Assembly: GCA_951406725.2 (NCBI GenBank)
Contig: OX597835.1
Location: 7,998,001-8,062,000 of the forward strand
DNA: 64,000 bases
Direction: 5' to 3'
DNA from: Octopus vulgaris
Taxonomy: Eukaryota
A model generated the notes under the pieces. The model made no database searches, was not told the origin of the DNA, and saw only the letters and a list, made by a program, of their open reading frames with translations. The translations under genes and the position numbers were made by a program. Of the stretch, positions 40,771 through 53,599 are shown piece after piece. Numbering within the stretch: position 1 is the first letter of the stretch; every line of letters starts with the position of its first letter.

Positions 40771-41065
40771 TCTACAGTTGACATTCTAAACTGTGACCTA
40801 TAGAAATGTTAAAACAATCAGAACCAAGTTTTATTTATTGTTGTTTTTCAATTTCAAGAGTGAAACGTTGGAAACTATTATTATACAGCACAAAATCAAT
40901 AAATACAAGAGCTAACCTTGATATTAAGAGGTTATCTAGATTTCTAATAGTTCTATGGAAACACTCGACGATGCAACTGTATGTATATGTGTATATATAC
41001 GCGCGCGCACACACACACACACACACACGCACACACACGTGTGCACATATCTATCTATCTACCTA

Positions 41066-41460
41066 TATGGTGGTTGTCCATTCCTTGTGCAGAGTTTGAC
41101 CACCTCCTGTACCTACGCCTTAGCAGCATCATATGGCATCTGATGTGGCTTTTTAAAGCAGACAATGTTCTGAAAAGATACCCACAAAAATTTGCACGTC
41201 CGATTTGGGCCACCAAGAGCTGCAGATAAGTTCTGCTCTTTGTGGGTCTTAAAATGTCTCTGGAAGGCTCCATTGGATTTGAAAACCTGGCATACACTGC
41301 ATTCAAAGGTGTGCACAGACATATAGGCAGAATAGTTGGTGGTGGTTTGTTATCCATGCGTTCGGAGATGAGATTTGAGGCCAGAAAAAGACAGGCAAGG
41401 GTTGTCACAGACTGTGCGCACGAAAAGGTTATTGTCATTCACCTTCTCTAAAGTTACATT
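41066..41460 (-). pseudogene. LINE (probably RTE) 3' end with C2H2-like fingers
   Basis: ECSVCQVFKSNGAFQRHFKTH and C..CGYLFRTLSALKSHIRCH (frameshifted), then a short 3' UTR GGTGGTCAAACTC...GGACAACCACCAT. Confidence 0.6.
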
Positions 41461-41470
41461 CTTCCTTAGA

Positions 41471-41697
41471 TCTACCTACCTACCTACCTACCTACCTACC
41501 TACCTACCTACCTACCTACCTACCTACCTACCTACCTACCTACCTACCTACCTACCTACCTACCTACCTACCTACCTACCTACCTACCTACCTACCTACC
41601 TACCTACCTACCTACCTACGTACCTACTACCTACCTGCCTACCTACCTACCTACCTACCTACCTACCTACCTACCTACCTACCTACCAACCTACCAA
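41471..41697. repeat. (CCTA)n microsatellite
   Basis: Directly visible. Confidence 0.97.
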
Positions 41698-42239
41698 CAT
41701 ACATGCATGCATACATATATACTGATACACACACATATCTACACACAGTTGTAGATGTGTGTGTTTGAGTATGGAATTATAAAGATTTATTTTGAAGAAT
41801 CAAAATGTAAAATTTAGTTATCGTTAAAGTGGAGCAATCATGAAATAGCAGCAGTTGCAGCAGTAGTAGTATTAGTAGTTGTAGTAGTAGTAATCTGTCA
41901 GTTTTCCTACTTGAAGATTGTACCCTGTAGACATAAAAACACATAAGAGAAGGTGGGGCAGAGCATGGACGTGACCGGTAAACTTGCTAGAAATAATGAC
42001 CAAATGTTTCTTAAATCATACCTTTTTCGTCCGCAAAATACATAAACGGTCGTACTGAACAACGGTGTCCAATAAGGCGTAATGGTCATGGCTGGAATGC
42101 CTTTCCGCTTATGTTTGACAAATCAAGGATTAACGCTTGCTAAAAACGGTTTCGTTGTGTTGACCAGCAAGTTTCCCTCGGTAGGGAAATGATCTAGAGC
42201 TGTGTAATAGCTAACAATTAGTGTATTTTGTAATTGCGC

Positions 42240-42361
42240 TGTTTATTATGAAGTATTACAAAGTTTTATCGTACTTGGTCACGAAACTCAATCCCATAGG
42301 TTTGGCCAGACAACAAAAATCTGAGAGTGCGACGAAACTTTGTAGCACTTCATAATAGACA
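42240..42361. mobile_element. Hairpin or MITE relic
   Basis: 36-bp inverted arms at 42240-42275 and 42326-42361 with 6 transition mismatches. Confidence 0.7.
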
Positions 42362-42934
42362 GATACAGAATTTAGAAATATACGAAGACGCAACATAACT
42401 TGTTTTGTGACATTTTTTATTGGCTACAGTGATTCGATTGCTGCGAGTTGACAAGAAATATCGATTTGTAAGTAGTGGGGGAAATCGATTCCCATATAAT
42501 GGTTGGTAGATATTTTATCTGCTCTCCTTCTACGTGATCAAATGACCTTCTAGATATAGAAACAACAACAACAACAAAAGCAACTAGACCAGAAACTGTA
42601 GGAGTTAAGAGTCGGGGAGAGACTCTTAAACGACTCAACCAGAATTGGTACAAAATCAGGAAAGCAGTAATTACCCAAGTGATCAATGACCAGGAAAGCG
42701 ATCATATTCTCCTTATTGGCCAAGTCATATCAAATATAGTCACTACCATGTCACATGACGTGATATACAGACACGCGAGTGTGCGCACATCTGTGTGTGT
42801 GTATCTGTGTCTGTCTATGTGTGCGTGCGTGTGTGTGACTGCATATATATATATATATACATGCAAATCCACACACACACACACATATATATATATACAC
42901 AGGCATACACTTACAAATATACATGTATGCATAC

Positions 42935-42975
<41 letters not shown>

Positions 42976-43083
42976 ACACATACATATATATACACAGACA
43001 TACACTTACAAATGTACATGTATGCATACATACATGCACACATATATATATATATATGCATATATACATATATATATACATTC

Positions 43084-43210
<127 letters not shown>

Positions 43211-43582
43211 CATGTATATGTGTGTGTGTGTGTGGACACATACACACATACACATATATATCCAAATCCCAGTCGGCCTCCATCAGTCTTCTTCCGGTTC
43301 TTTGATTGCAAGTGAATAAATCCGGCATCACTTTTTGTTATTACTCCAATTACGGAAATGTTAATCACCGTTGCATCCCAACTCTTGTCTTTGAATTCTC
43401 TGCTCTTCACTTACAGCTGGGAAGCATTCAACCGCTACACAACTGTCCTACCACATTTGTACCATCTTTCACAGCTGTTTCCGGATCAGCAGAATCATCC
43501 AACTTCCTTGCTGCCCTCATCCCACCCTCAATCCTCCTCGTCTCTCTAAACTTATTCTCTCACACTTTACTTAACAACATTC

Positions 43583-43613
<31 letters not shown>

Positions 43614-43659
43614 TGTATGTATGTATGTATGTATGTATGTATGTATCTATCTATCTATC

Positions 43660-43762
43660 TTTTGATCGAAAACCAACCCCCTCTTTTTTATCCCCAAAAG
43701 AAAAGCTCTACCTTGTAATTTGTTCTGTCTGTGTGCAGCCCTGTGTGGCTAATAAAGAAACA
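43660..43762 (+). mobile_element. Short Tx1 3' end fragment in (TCTA)n
   Basis: Matches 45305-45428; preceded by TATCTATC and followed by an about 490-bp (TATC)n array. Confidence 0.88.
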
Positions 43763-43786
43763 TATCTATCTATCTATCTATCTATA

Positions 43787-44134
<348 letters not shown>

Positions 44135-44136
44135 AC

Positions 44137-44211
<75 letters not shown>

Positions 44212-44220
44212 CTATCTCTC

Positions 44221-44254
<34 letters not shown>

Positions 44255-44256
<2 letters not shown>

Positions 44257-45210
44257 CCATGACCGAACTGCAGTCGTGGATCAAAAAGAGGCCGAGGAAG
44301 GGCGAATGGCACCGCGAGTGTCGCGTTGCTCTCAAGCAACTCTGCCGTCCTGGGTCGACCTTAAGTGACTTCAACACAACCAAAGCATTCTATAGGGGTT
44401 TAGTGGAGGGGAGGTACGACGACGAGCTCGGGGCGAACCTGGACGTCGACGAGGAGTACCTGACCCGCCTGTTCAGGACGACTTTCGGGCCAGGGCCCAT
44501 GGACAACTTCCAGAGATCCCTGGCCTGGCAGTGCTACCGAGAAGCGCTACCCGTTCGGGATAAGCTCTACAGACACGGCTCGAGAAACACGGGGCCGACC
44601 TGCCCGAGATGCGGTCAGAGCGACGAAACCGTTCTGCACGCACTCGTTCAGTGTCCAACAATTTCCGACCTGTGGGCTTATGTCGAACAACTGCTGTCAC
44701 GTGTGGGACGAGTCGGTTTATCAGCTGAGTCTATCGTCAATATTGTCACGCCTCCTTCCTTCAAACGGGAAGGAAGAGCTATTTTCATCATCCTTGTGGC
44801 TATGGCGAAAGAATGTATCTGGTGGACGCGTCTGAAAGGATTGGAGACAAACACTTTCCTCTCTGGTCAATCTCTCATCAACTTCTTCAAGTACCACTTG
44901 AAAAGGAAAGTGAGAGTAGAGAGGCAAGTTTTGTCTAGCGAATGTTTTAAAAAAAGATGGGTGAATGTAGCAAGAATGGCACGTATGAATGACGAAGCCA
45001 CCTTGAGCATAGTCCTATGAACCCAGAAATCGAAAACAGAGAGTTGCTTATTTGCAAAAAAAAAAAAAAAAAAAAAAGAAATATAAAATGTGACTTCATT
45101 GACCGAGGTTACCGTGGTCTTTTCCGTAGGCTTTTCTTTCCACGGGTAAACCTCACCTGTCCTCCCCTTTACACTTCATATTGACATTTCTGTGATAACG
45201 ATCCCTATTG

Positions 45211-45244
<34 letters not shown>

Positions 45245-45428
45245 CCTCTCCCCCTTTTTTTAACCCCCCTTTTTTTTGTCCTCCTTCTCTCCTTTTACGA
45301 TCCCTTTTGATCGAAACTCCCCCTTACTTTTTTTTTTTTTTTTTTTTTTTTTAAACATTCAAAAGAAAAGCTCTACCTTGTAATTTGTTCTATCTGTGTG
45401 CAGCCCTGTGTGGCTAATAAAGAAACAT
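44255..45428 (+). mobile_element. Young 5'-truncated Tx1-clade LINE; open ORF2 C-terminus (44259-45020) with CCHC zf-RVT finger and 3' UTR
   Basis: 253 stop-free codons including AWQCYREALPV..CPRCGQSDETVLHALVQC..IWWTR. T-rich 3' UTR, AATAAA, and (TCTA)n on both flanks. Confidence 0.92.
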
Positions 45429-45477
45429 ATCTATCTATCTATCTATCACTCTATCTATCTATCTATCTATCTATCAC

Positions 45478-45531
<54 letters not shown>

Positions 45532-45533
45532 AC

Positions 45534-45582
<49 letters not shown>

Positions 45583-45929
45583 TTATCTCTCTCTCTCTCT
45601 ATCTATCTGTGTGTCTGTCTGTCTGCCTGTCTGCCTGTCTGTCTGTCTGTCTCTCTCTATCTATCTATCTATCAATCTATCTCTCTCTCTCTCTCTATCT
45701 CTCTGTGTCTCGATCTATATGTACTCATCTCTTTCTCAATTTACATCTTTCTCTCTATTAGTTTCTTTATTCATCTCCCTCCTTCTCTTCTCTCTCCCTC
45801 TCCCTCTCCCTCTCTCCCCCCTCTCTCTCTCTGTTTATACTTGGCATCTAGAATGGATATCACCGTATGAATTGTCCCTGGTGTATCCTACACGGAATGA
45901 TCGATGTGTTCGATAGCGTAGTAACTCAC

Positions 45930-45944
45930 CCGACGTTGGATTTG
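45930..45944 (-). CDS. Candidate 15-nt microexon
   Basis: TTTTATTTATTTTCAAAG|CAAATCCAACGTCGG|GTGAGT. Perfect donor and frame-preserving, but could be chance. Confidence 0.15.
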
Positions 45945-47259
45945 CTTTGAAAATAAATAAAACAGACACAGTATTTTCTTTATTTTAGGCGGAATGTTAT
46001 AAAACGGCTTTCATCTTCTTCTCCTCTTTCTCTTTCTCTGTTAGAAACGCAAGTCTCAATCGACATCATTACAAGTAAATCTAACCATCACAATCTCTTC
46101 TTCTCGGCAGTCATCGTCGTCGTCGTCGTCGTCGTTGTCATCGTCACCACCACCACCATCATCTTCAGAATTACTGCAGACTCAATCCCCCACACCAATG
46201 TCCTAAATAAAAACGAAGAGACCCCCCCACCCCATTAACAAAAAACGTAATAACCAAAATTCTCTCAAATCTCAACCTAAAACCAAAAAAGATAAGAAAA
46301 TCACAATGAATGATGTAGTCCCAGGTAAACTTTGACTAAAACAAGTTGGAATTGTTTCACTGAAAATTTTGACAACAACAAAACAAAAATAACCAACGAG
46401 ATAACTGACACGATCTTTATCATCAGTGAATATGGTTTACAGCAATCAGTACCACCACCACCACCACCGCCACCCATAACCACCAGAGTGACTATCAATA
46501 TAACTACTTAGGCCAATTAAAAATTAATTAATATTAATTAGTTAGAGACGTTAACATATTGTTGTATTGTCGAGTGATACTGACACAGAAAGAGCAATAC
46601 TTTTTTTTTCATGTTTATGGAGAATGATGGCGAGAATGATTCCACTTGGAATTCTCGATAAAGTAAATTGATCTCCATCGGCTACGACCATTCAGCTGTT
46701 CGATCCACTGAACTCATTGAATGAACCATGATACGATTCTCGGGTCTTGTATAACAAATCTGGGTCTTGAAATTGCAAGTACGATCCATCTGACGGTCTT
46801 CCACAAGTTTCCGTCGAATGACTTTCACTAGTGAGCCTAAAGTCAACTCGAAGCTATGATAAAAAGACAACTGGCCAAGGCACTAGGAAGTGGGATCGAA
46901 CCAAGGACGTAGTGGATGTAAGAAAACTTCTAAAATCTTCTTGTATAGTTGCGACTATTGTTCTTAAGTAAATGATAACGTCCGTCATAGGTTTGTTGTC
47001 GTTTAGCTCCAGGTCAGACCTGATGGAGTAGAGCTATGGTCAAAAGTATTTCAGCTTTGACAATCCCGTATTTTCCATCTGTATTTCTTCTCTCAATGAT
47101 GATGGTAAGGTATTTGGTGGTTACTTGAGAAATTTAAGGGAATCTTCATATTCATAGATGATAAACTGAAAAGTAACTCGCTGTTAATTCGAAGAATTCC
47201 AATATATTACTAATTAAACTTAATTGCATATTTACTAGAAAACGTTAATGAAAAAAGCA

Positions 47260-47375
47260 TTATTAAATCTCGTCTAAAGCCAGCTGGAGACGACGATCTC
47301 CTGGGGCTATAAAGCTAGAGTAACACCCCCTCACCTATGTGGTTAGCCATGTTAAGATGGCTTCTATACTTTACA
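47260..47375 (-). mobile_element. Unclassified element, internally deleted copy
   Basis: Sense TGTAAAGTATAGAAGCCATCTTAACATGGCTAACCAC...CTCCAGCTGGCTTTAGACGAGATTTAATAAT. Confidence 0.7.
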
Positions 47376-47592
47376 TTAGTTTATGAAAAAGTTTGATCAT
47401 TACCAAAATAAAATTTAAAGGAAATAATTAATTTCCATTTGCAAATATGTCTGGAATTTCAATACGATGAAAATGGTTAGCTACAAGTTGAGAATGGATA
47501 GGACATGATAAATACGAGAGAGAGACAGAGAGAGAGAGAGGGGGGGGGGAGAAAGAAAATTATTTAATTTTATTATGAAATAATCAAGAATA

Positions 47593-47757
47593 GGCGCAGG
47601 AGTGGCTGTGTGGTAAGTAGCTTGCTAACCAACCACATGGTTCCGGGTTCAGTCCCACTGCGTGGCATCTTGGGCAAGTTTCTTCTGCTATAGCCCCGGA
47701 CCGACCAATGCCTTGTGAGTGGATTTGGTAGACGGAAATTGAAAGAAGCCTGTCGTA

Positions 47758-47809
<52 letters not shown>

Positions 47810-48031
47810 CTTGTGTGTCTGTGTTTGTCCCCCTAGCATTGCTTGACAACCGATGCTGGTGTGTGTTTACGTCCCCGTCACTTAGCGGTTCGGCAAAAAG
47901 AGACCGATAGAATAAGTACTGGGCTTACAAAAGAATAAGTCCCGGGGTCGATTTGCTCGATTAAAGGCGGTGCTCCAGCATGGCCGCAGTCAAATGACTG
48001 AAACAAGTAAAAGAGTAAAAGAGTAAAAGAG
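47593..48031 (+). mobile_element. SINE family A
   Basis: Full length; short AGAATA duplication at the ends. Confidence 0.9.
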
Positions 48032-49040
48032 AATACATCTCTAAAAGTGTTCCTAAAAGATGATCCTCGTATTCTTCAGAACGATAGAAACCAGGAGAAG
48101 TTTCTGAATGGCCTCGCATCCACAAATAATCCACGGTGCTGGATATTAGTACCACCACCGTTCAATATGCATCAACTCATTCCAAATTCTACGGTTCAGT
48201 TCACACTGCTGATGTTGTTAATAAAACCGCCAAATATTCAACCAAATGTTTCAATTCTCTTCACCTTGAAGTAGGAACAACCATTAATTTAATATCAACT
48301 TTGGATACAACAAAATTCTGTAGCAGTAGGAGCACTCCGTCGGTTGCGACGATGAGGGTCCCAGCTGATACGATCAACGGAACAGCTTGCTCGTGATATT
48401 AACGTGCAAGTGGCTGAGCACTCCACAGACACGTGTACCCTTAACGTAGTTCTCGAGGAGATTAAGCGTGACACAGAGTGTGACAAGGCTGGCCCTTTGA
48501 AATACAGGTACAAGAGAAACAGGAAGAAAGAGCGAGAGAAAGTTGTGGTGAAAGAGTACAGCAGGGTTCACCACCATCCCCTGCCGGAGCCTCGTGGAGC
48601 TTCGGGTGTTTTCGCTCAATAAACACTCACAATGCCCGGTCTGGGAATCGAAACCGCGATCCTCCGACCGCGAGTCCGCTGCCCTAACCACTGGGCCATT
48701 GCGCCTCCACGCTCTGTAGCAGTAGAAGATTAGCTGTCAAGTGGCATGTAATGAAAACCAGGGTTGTGTATCATTGTACTAAGGGAGATATTTTCAATGC
48801 AGCCCTGTCGCCCTATCGGATATGCCATTTCTGTGCAAGTACCTTCAGTTTCCAGAATCGTTGTCTTCTTCTATTGACCTTCAACATGTCTCGGTCCCAA
48901 TTTCTCAAAGTTTCTAGTGTTGAACTGATAAGTTCACATCTTGCACATGGCCAAATTTATTCTGCATTGGGCCAAGCAGATATCCTTTTTTTTTTTATCA
49001 GAATATTAACTGAGACAACAAGAAAGATTGCTATGGCAAG
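48032..49040 (+). pseudogene. Helitron RepHel PIF1-type helicase C-terminal relic
   Basis: YSTKCFNSL (cf YPTEFLNSL), LEVGTTINLISTLDTTKFCSSRRLAVK (cf LKVGAPIMLLRNLDPPKLCNGTRL), DMPF..LQFP and TFNMSRSQFL..AHGQIYSAL (cf TINKSQGQSL..SHGQLYVAL). Split by a family B SINE. Confidence 0.8.
48329..48708 (-). mobile_element. SINE family B with a 13-bp TSD
   Basis: TCTGTAGCAGTAG is duplicated at both ends. Confidence 0.9.
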
Positions 49041-49229
49041 AGCCACAAAGAATTGCATTTGCTTTGTGTTGCATATTGATTTCAAATTAAGATATATAAA
49101 GACCTAAAGATAATATTTTCTTAAGCTACAAAATTAAAATTATTAATAAGCACAATATGAAGTTTCAGACAACATAAACACTCAGAAATAGTCAAATTTC
49201 GACGTGTATTTTACATTACAATAATTATA

Positions 49230-49748
49230 TCTATATATATAAAACTGTAGTTGTGTGAGTGTCTGTCCCCTTCGATTTAGATTCCTAACTACTCCCACAT
49301 TTTGCGGTGCAGTTTAACCAAATTCGGGTATCTTATAGTCGTGATTCATATCGAGACCGTCTGAGTATTAGCGCGCGTCTACGATGAGTCTACGATTTTA
49401 AAAATAATTTAACATCATTTTTTATTCCATTTTAATGCATAATTTTTCGTGTGTCGATGGCGGTGGAGTTGGCGTCCACGCTCAAACACCTGCACCTGTG
49501 TTTGCTTCTCCCCCTTCTTCCCTCCCTCGTGAAGCTGTGGGGAAGGGAGAGTGTAAGGAAATCAACGTCGTAATGCGTTGTCAAGGAGACCAGCGTTCTT
49601 TTAGAACAACGTCTTCATGGCTTGAAGACACCAAAACAGAAATGGCTAAGAAAGCCCGAATTGGCATCTATAAGGGAAGTAACTCTCTAAAAATGCTTAT
49701 ATAGTTATTTCCCTTACAAACCCGAGCAACGCCGGCCGATACTGCTAG
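49230..49748 (+). mobile_element. Non-autonomous Helitron, complete
   Basis: A|TCTATATATATAAAA start, subterminal hairpin and CTAG|T end. Carries an about 220-bp internal segment absent from the 206-600 copy. Confidence 0.85.
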
Positions 49749-50389
49749 TATTACAATAAAAATACGCAAAACATGCTATGGGTTAACGCAAAAAATAAAA
49801 TTGTTTTTACAAATTTTGCACGCGGGCAACACAAGGCAACTCTGCTCTTATAGATATAAACTAATTACCTGACTTTCTACGTAAATGAAATTATTAAACA
49901 TTAATAACTCTGCCTCTATATAGAACATTCTATTGATGGCACAGTATAAACATGTGATGTATTAAATTTTTACTGAAGACGAATATAGTTCAGATTTATT
50001 CTTTATAATGCAAATAATACCTGGAGACCATTGCAGTCGACGCATAAAACATTCGATTAAACTTTGTTTTATTCAGCGATATTGCTACAGGTCAGCTGTT
50101 ATTAAAATCTATAAAATACGCCAGGCATACGTATTAGAACACTTATTAATACACCGAAAAGACAATATTCAGTTTACTTTTGAACAGTGAATATCTAGTA
50201 ATAGATGAATACCAGCTGCGGATACAGAGAGTAATATCATAAATAAAATGATACTGACTCTCCGTGATAATTGAAATATGCAGTTGATGTAGCAGATCAG
50301 CAGGTCAGTTAGAAAACATAGCACAAGTTAAAAATGTAATTACAAATGATGATGATGATAATAATAATAATAGTAATAATAATAATAAT

Positions 50390-50612
50390 CAATTCTTTTT
50401 TATTGGCCACAAGGGCTGACACGCATGATTACATAAAGGGACAAAAACAGGACGAAAGGTTACAAAGGGTTTTGTCCGTTTTTGAAAAACATCGAGTAAA
50501 AAATCTTTATAACAATTTAAAAAATTCAACAATGAAAAACTCCCAAAAGGGGGAGACGTTTCGAAAGGTTCCTGGTGGAAAAAACCCTACAAAAGCCAAC
50601 GGGAGCCTGGTC
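50390..50612 (-). mobile_element. Tx1 3' UTR (ATT-associated subfamily)
   Basis: Sense end GTGTCAGCCCTTGTGGCCAATAAAAAAGAATTGATTATT; (AAT)n on both sides. Confidence 0.75.
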
Positions 50613-50614
50613 AA

Positions 50615-50646
<32 letters not shown>

Positions 50647-50705
50647 TAATAATAATAATGATAATGATAATAACAATAATAATAATAATATTGATAATAA
50701 TAATA

Positions 50706-50848
<143 letters not shown>

Positions 50849-50850
50849 AA

Positions 50851-50913
50851 ACTGCCCTAAGAGTCGGGAAGACACTCGGCAAGAAATGGAAGCAAATTTG
50901 AAAGAAAAAAAAA
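50851..50913 (+). mobile_element. Short R4/Dong-like 3' end after (AAT)n
   Basis: Homologous to the reverse complement of 4069-4135. Confidence 0.55.
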
Positions 50914-51337
50914 TAGCTTGTCAGTTGTTTGACCTTAACCAGTTGAGCATGTCCCTTAGTGGCTGACGATATGTGCATCTCTGATCACGAGCAGAAGTAG
51001 TGGGGGAGCATCATAGCCATGTGTTGAGAGGGATTCTTTGGGGTTTGAATAATTCACCTCTGGAAACATGGGTGGTTCTTTCAACATCCTTAAACAACCC
51101 TTATTCAGGGACCGTTTGAGCGGGATGGGCTACTCAACCTGAAGAAAATTCTAACTGGGCCCCACCTGCAAGGTCATGTGCTGTTTATCTTGATATGAGA
51201 TCACCATGTCGCGCACATATGGTTGTGATGCATGTGCCTGGTGTGCCCTTATCAGACGGGTAGTCATGATGGGCATACTGGGCTTCGTATATTTTACCCC
51301 AGTGTCACTTTGATGGCATGCTCTGCTCGCTCACTCA
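50914..51337 (+). mobile_element. Family D1 copy, 5'-truncated, with an (AAT)n tail
   Basis: Near-identical to the reverse complement of 9320-9742. Confidence 0.88.
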
Positions 51338-51882
51338 ATAATAATAATAATAATAAATAACGTACAATTTTTCTTGGCTGAAACTGCGTTTTTGCAAGAT
51401 TGGGTGAGTTAATATAAAACGAAAAAAGGAAAGACGTGATCCCCCAGGACAGAAGTTCTTTGAGGTTATCAAGGTGAAAATTTAAAAATTGTGTGTGCGT
51501 GTGCACATACACATACATACATGCACACATACATTTATCTATATATTGTAATAAGAAAATGACATAAATCGCAATATATTGCCATTGGGGAATAAAATTC
51601 AAAATTGAAAAAAAAAAAAAAATCCAGAGATTCTTTAGAAATGAACTTTTTGACAAAATCGTCTCATTAACATCATATTGAACTTTACTGTAAGAAATAT
51701 CTATTTTTACCCCAATGACTTCATATTAAATTTTTCTAATTGAGCAGAATTTAAAAGAACTGCTTCAGTCATTCTTGAAGTATTTCGGACTTGAGAATCT
51801 TATTTTGCAGTCGCAGCGCAAATTATTGTTAATTAAAAGCCATCTGTTTAAAATACGCGCGTGTGCGTACATACATATAAAT

Positions 51883-51913
<31 letters not shown>

Positions 51914-52097
51914 TATATATACACACACGCACACACACACACATACACACACACACACACACACACATATATATGATGACTGCCCCCTCGTTATCGAGTA
52001 TGGCCATTGCACGAAGCTTAACTGTTACTGGTGCTGTGATCGAATGTGACTTTTTAGCCCAGCTAAAGATCTACAATGTCTTTTACAGAATTGGCAG

Positions 52098-52280
52098 CTA
52101 AAACCTTTTACTGGCAATAGCCGGCTGTAGTTGTAACTGGGCTTCATGTATCTTTGCATGTCGTTTAAGTTCTCCTGCCGAATTACACTCTCTTCCACAT
52201 GCCCGACAGATATGATTAGTATGGTGTGTTACACCACCACCAGTGACCAGGTTGTCAGTCATCTGTCTCGCTTTATGACA
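52098..52280 (-). pseudogene. C2H2-finger fragment, probably from a LINE C-terminus
   Basis: HICRACGRECNSAGELKRHAKIH, similar in layout to 41113-41322. Confidence 0.5.
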
Positions 52281-52698
52281 TACATACATACATACATACA
52301 TACACAAACATAATTCACATCCACTTCTATTGCTATCAAGTTTATACCAACAGTCCTGTGCTTGTTTACGTTTAATCGCCTTAATCTCTAAAGTTATGAT
52401 TTATTTATAATTTAAGTAAATTCAAATCATTTCTGGGGAAGACTGAAGTCAACAAATAAAATTGATAAGATTAATGTTCCGTTTTTTTGTTTTTTTTTCT
52501 ACGGAAACGTTTTGCTGGTCACCAAACGAAAAAAACCTTGTTCTTGAATTAATGGAATTTTAAAGGAAAGCCAAACCAGAATCAACCAAAAATATGTTTT
52601 CGTAGTTTCAGAGAATTATAATTTGATACGTTTTTTTTTTGTGAAATCAAAGTTTTCCAAATCCTCTTTCCTAAAAGTTTGAAGTAATCTTCTAAGGA

Positions 52699-52734
<36 letters not shown>

Positions 52735-53037
52735 ATGCATTCATCAGAATAAAGATGATAATACAACATGAGGAATAAGAAACAAAAGAGGCAGAAAAAT
52801 TAAAACCTATTAAAATATGGAATTGGTAAACAAGATTTCTTGAGCCTATTTCAATGGAAATTATAGAAAGTCATTGCTTTTTTTTTTACTTCTCACTTTC
52901 TAGTCTTAATAACAACAAACGCTACAAAATAATTATTGCAAAGACGTTTTTCAAACCATTCTACTTACGTTTTCTTGGGTTTTCTCCCCAACTTTCAGCA
53001 TGTGTCCTGCATCTAAATCAGTAAAGCACGAAGATGG

Positions 53038-53428
53038 TGGAAGCACTCCGTCGGTTACGACGACGAGTGTTCCGGTTGATCCGAATCAACGGAACAGCCT
53101 GCCCGTGAAATTAACGACGTGTAAGTGGCTGAGCACTCCACAGACACGTGTACCCTTAACGTAGTTCTCGGGGATATTCAGCGTGACACAGAGAGTGACA
53201 AGGCCGGCCCCTTTGAAATACAGGTACAACAGAAACAGGAAGTAAGAGTGAGAGAAAGTTGTGGTGAAAGAGTACAGCAGGGATCACCACGATCCCCTGC
53301 CGGAGACTCGTGGAGCTTTTTTAGGTGTTTTCGCTCCATAAACACTCACAACGCCCGGTCTGGGAATCGAAACCGCGATCCTACGACCGCGAGTCCGCTG
53401 CCCTAACCACTGGGCCATTGCGCCTCCA
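53038..53428 (-). mobile_element. SINE family B with a 12-bp TSD
   Basis: AAGCACGAAGAT on both flanks. Confidence 0.9.
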
Positions 53429-53599
53429 CTGAAGCACGAAGATAAGCATAGATTGATACGTATAGAATTTCTAATGCCGCAACTGATTTAAAAACACCAA
53501 CTTCGACTTTAAATTTAATTCCTGCTCTTAAAAATATTCATGAATCTTGATCTTGAAGTTTTTACTCAATAATTGAGGTTAATATACTTTATAAATTAA

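Noticed and set aside
41471-41697. Interstitial telomere
   Set aside because: The unit is CCTA (TAGG), not TTAGGG or TTAGG.
41910-41955. Minus-strand exon after a strong acceptor (TTTTTATGTCTACAG)
   Set aside because: The nearest donor is weak and gives a 14-nt frame-shifting exon.
42602-42635. Short hairpin TTAAGAGTC-loop-GACTCTTAA as a terminator or miRNA
   Set aside because: A 9-bp stem is expected by chance, is too short for a pre-miRNA, and intrinsic terminators do not apply here.
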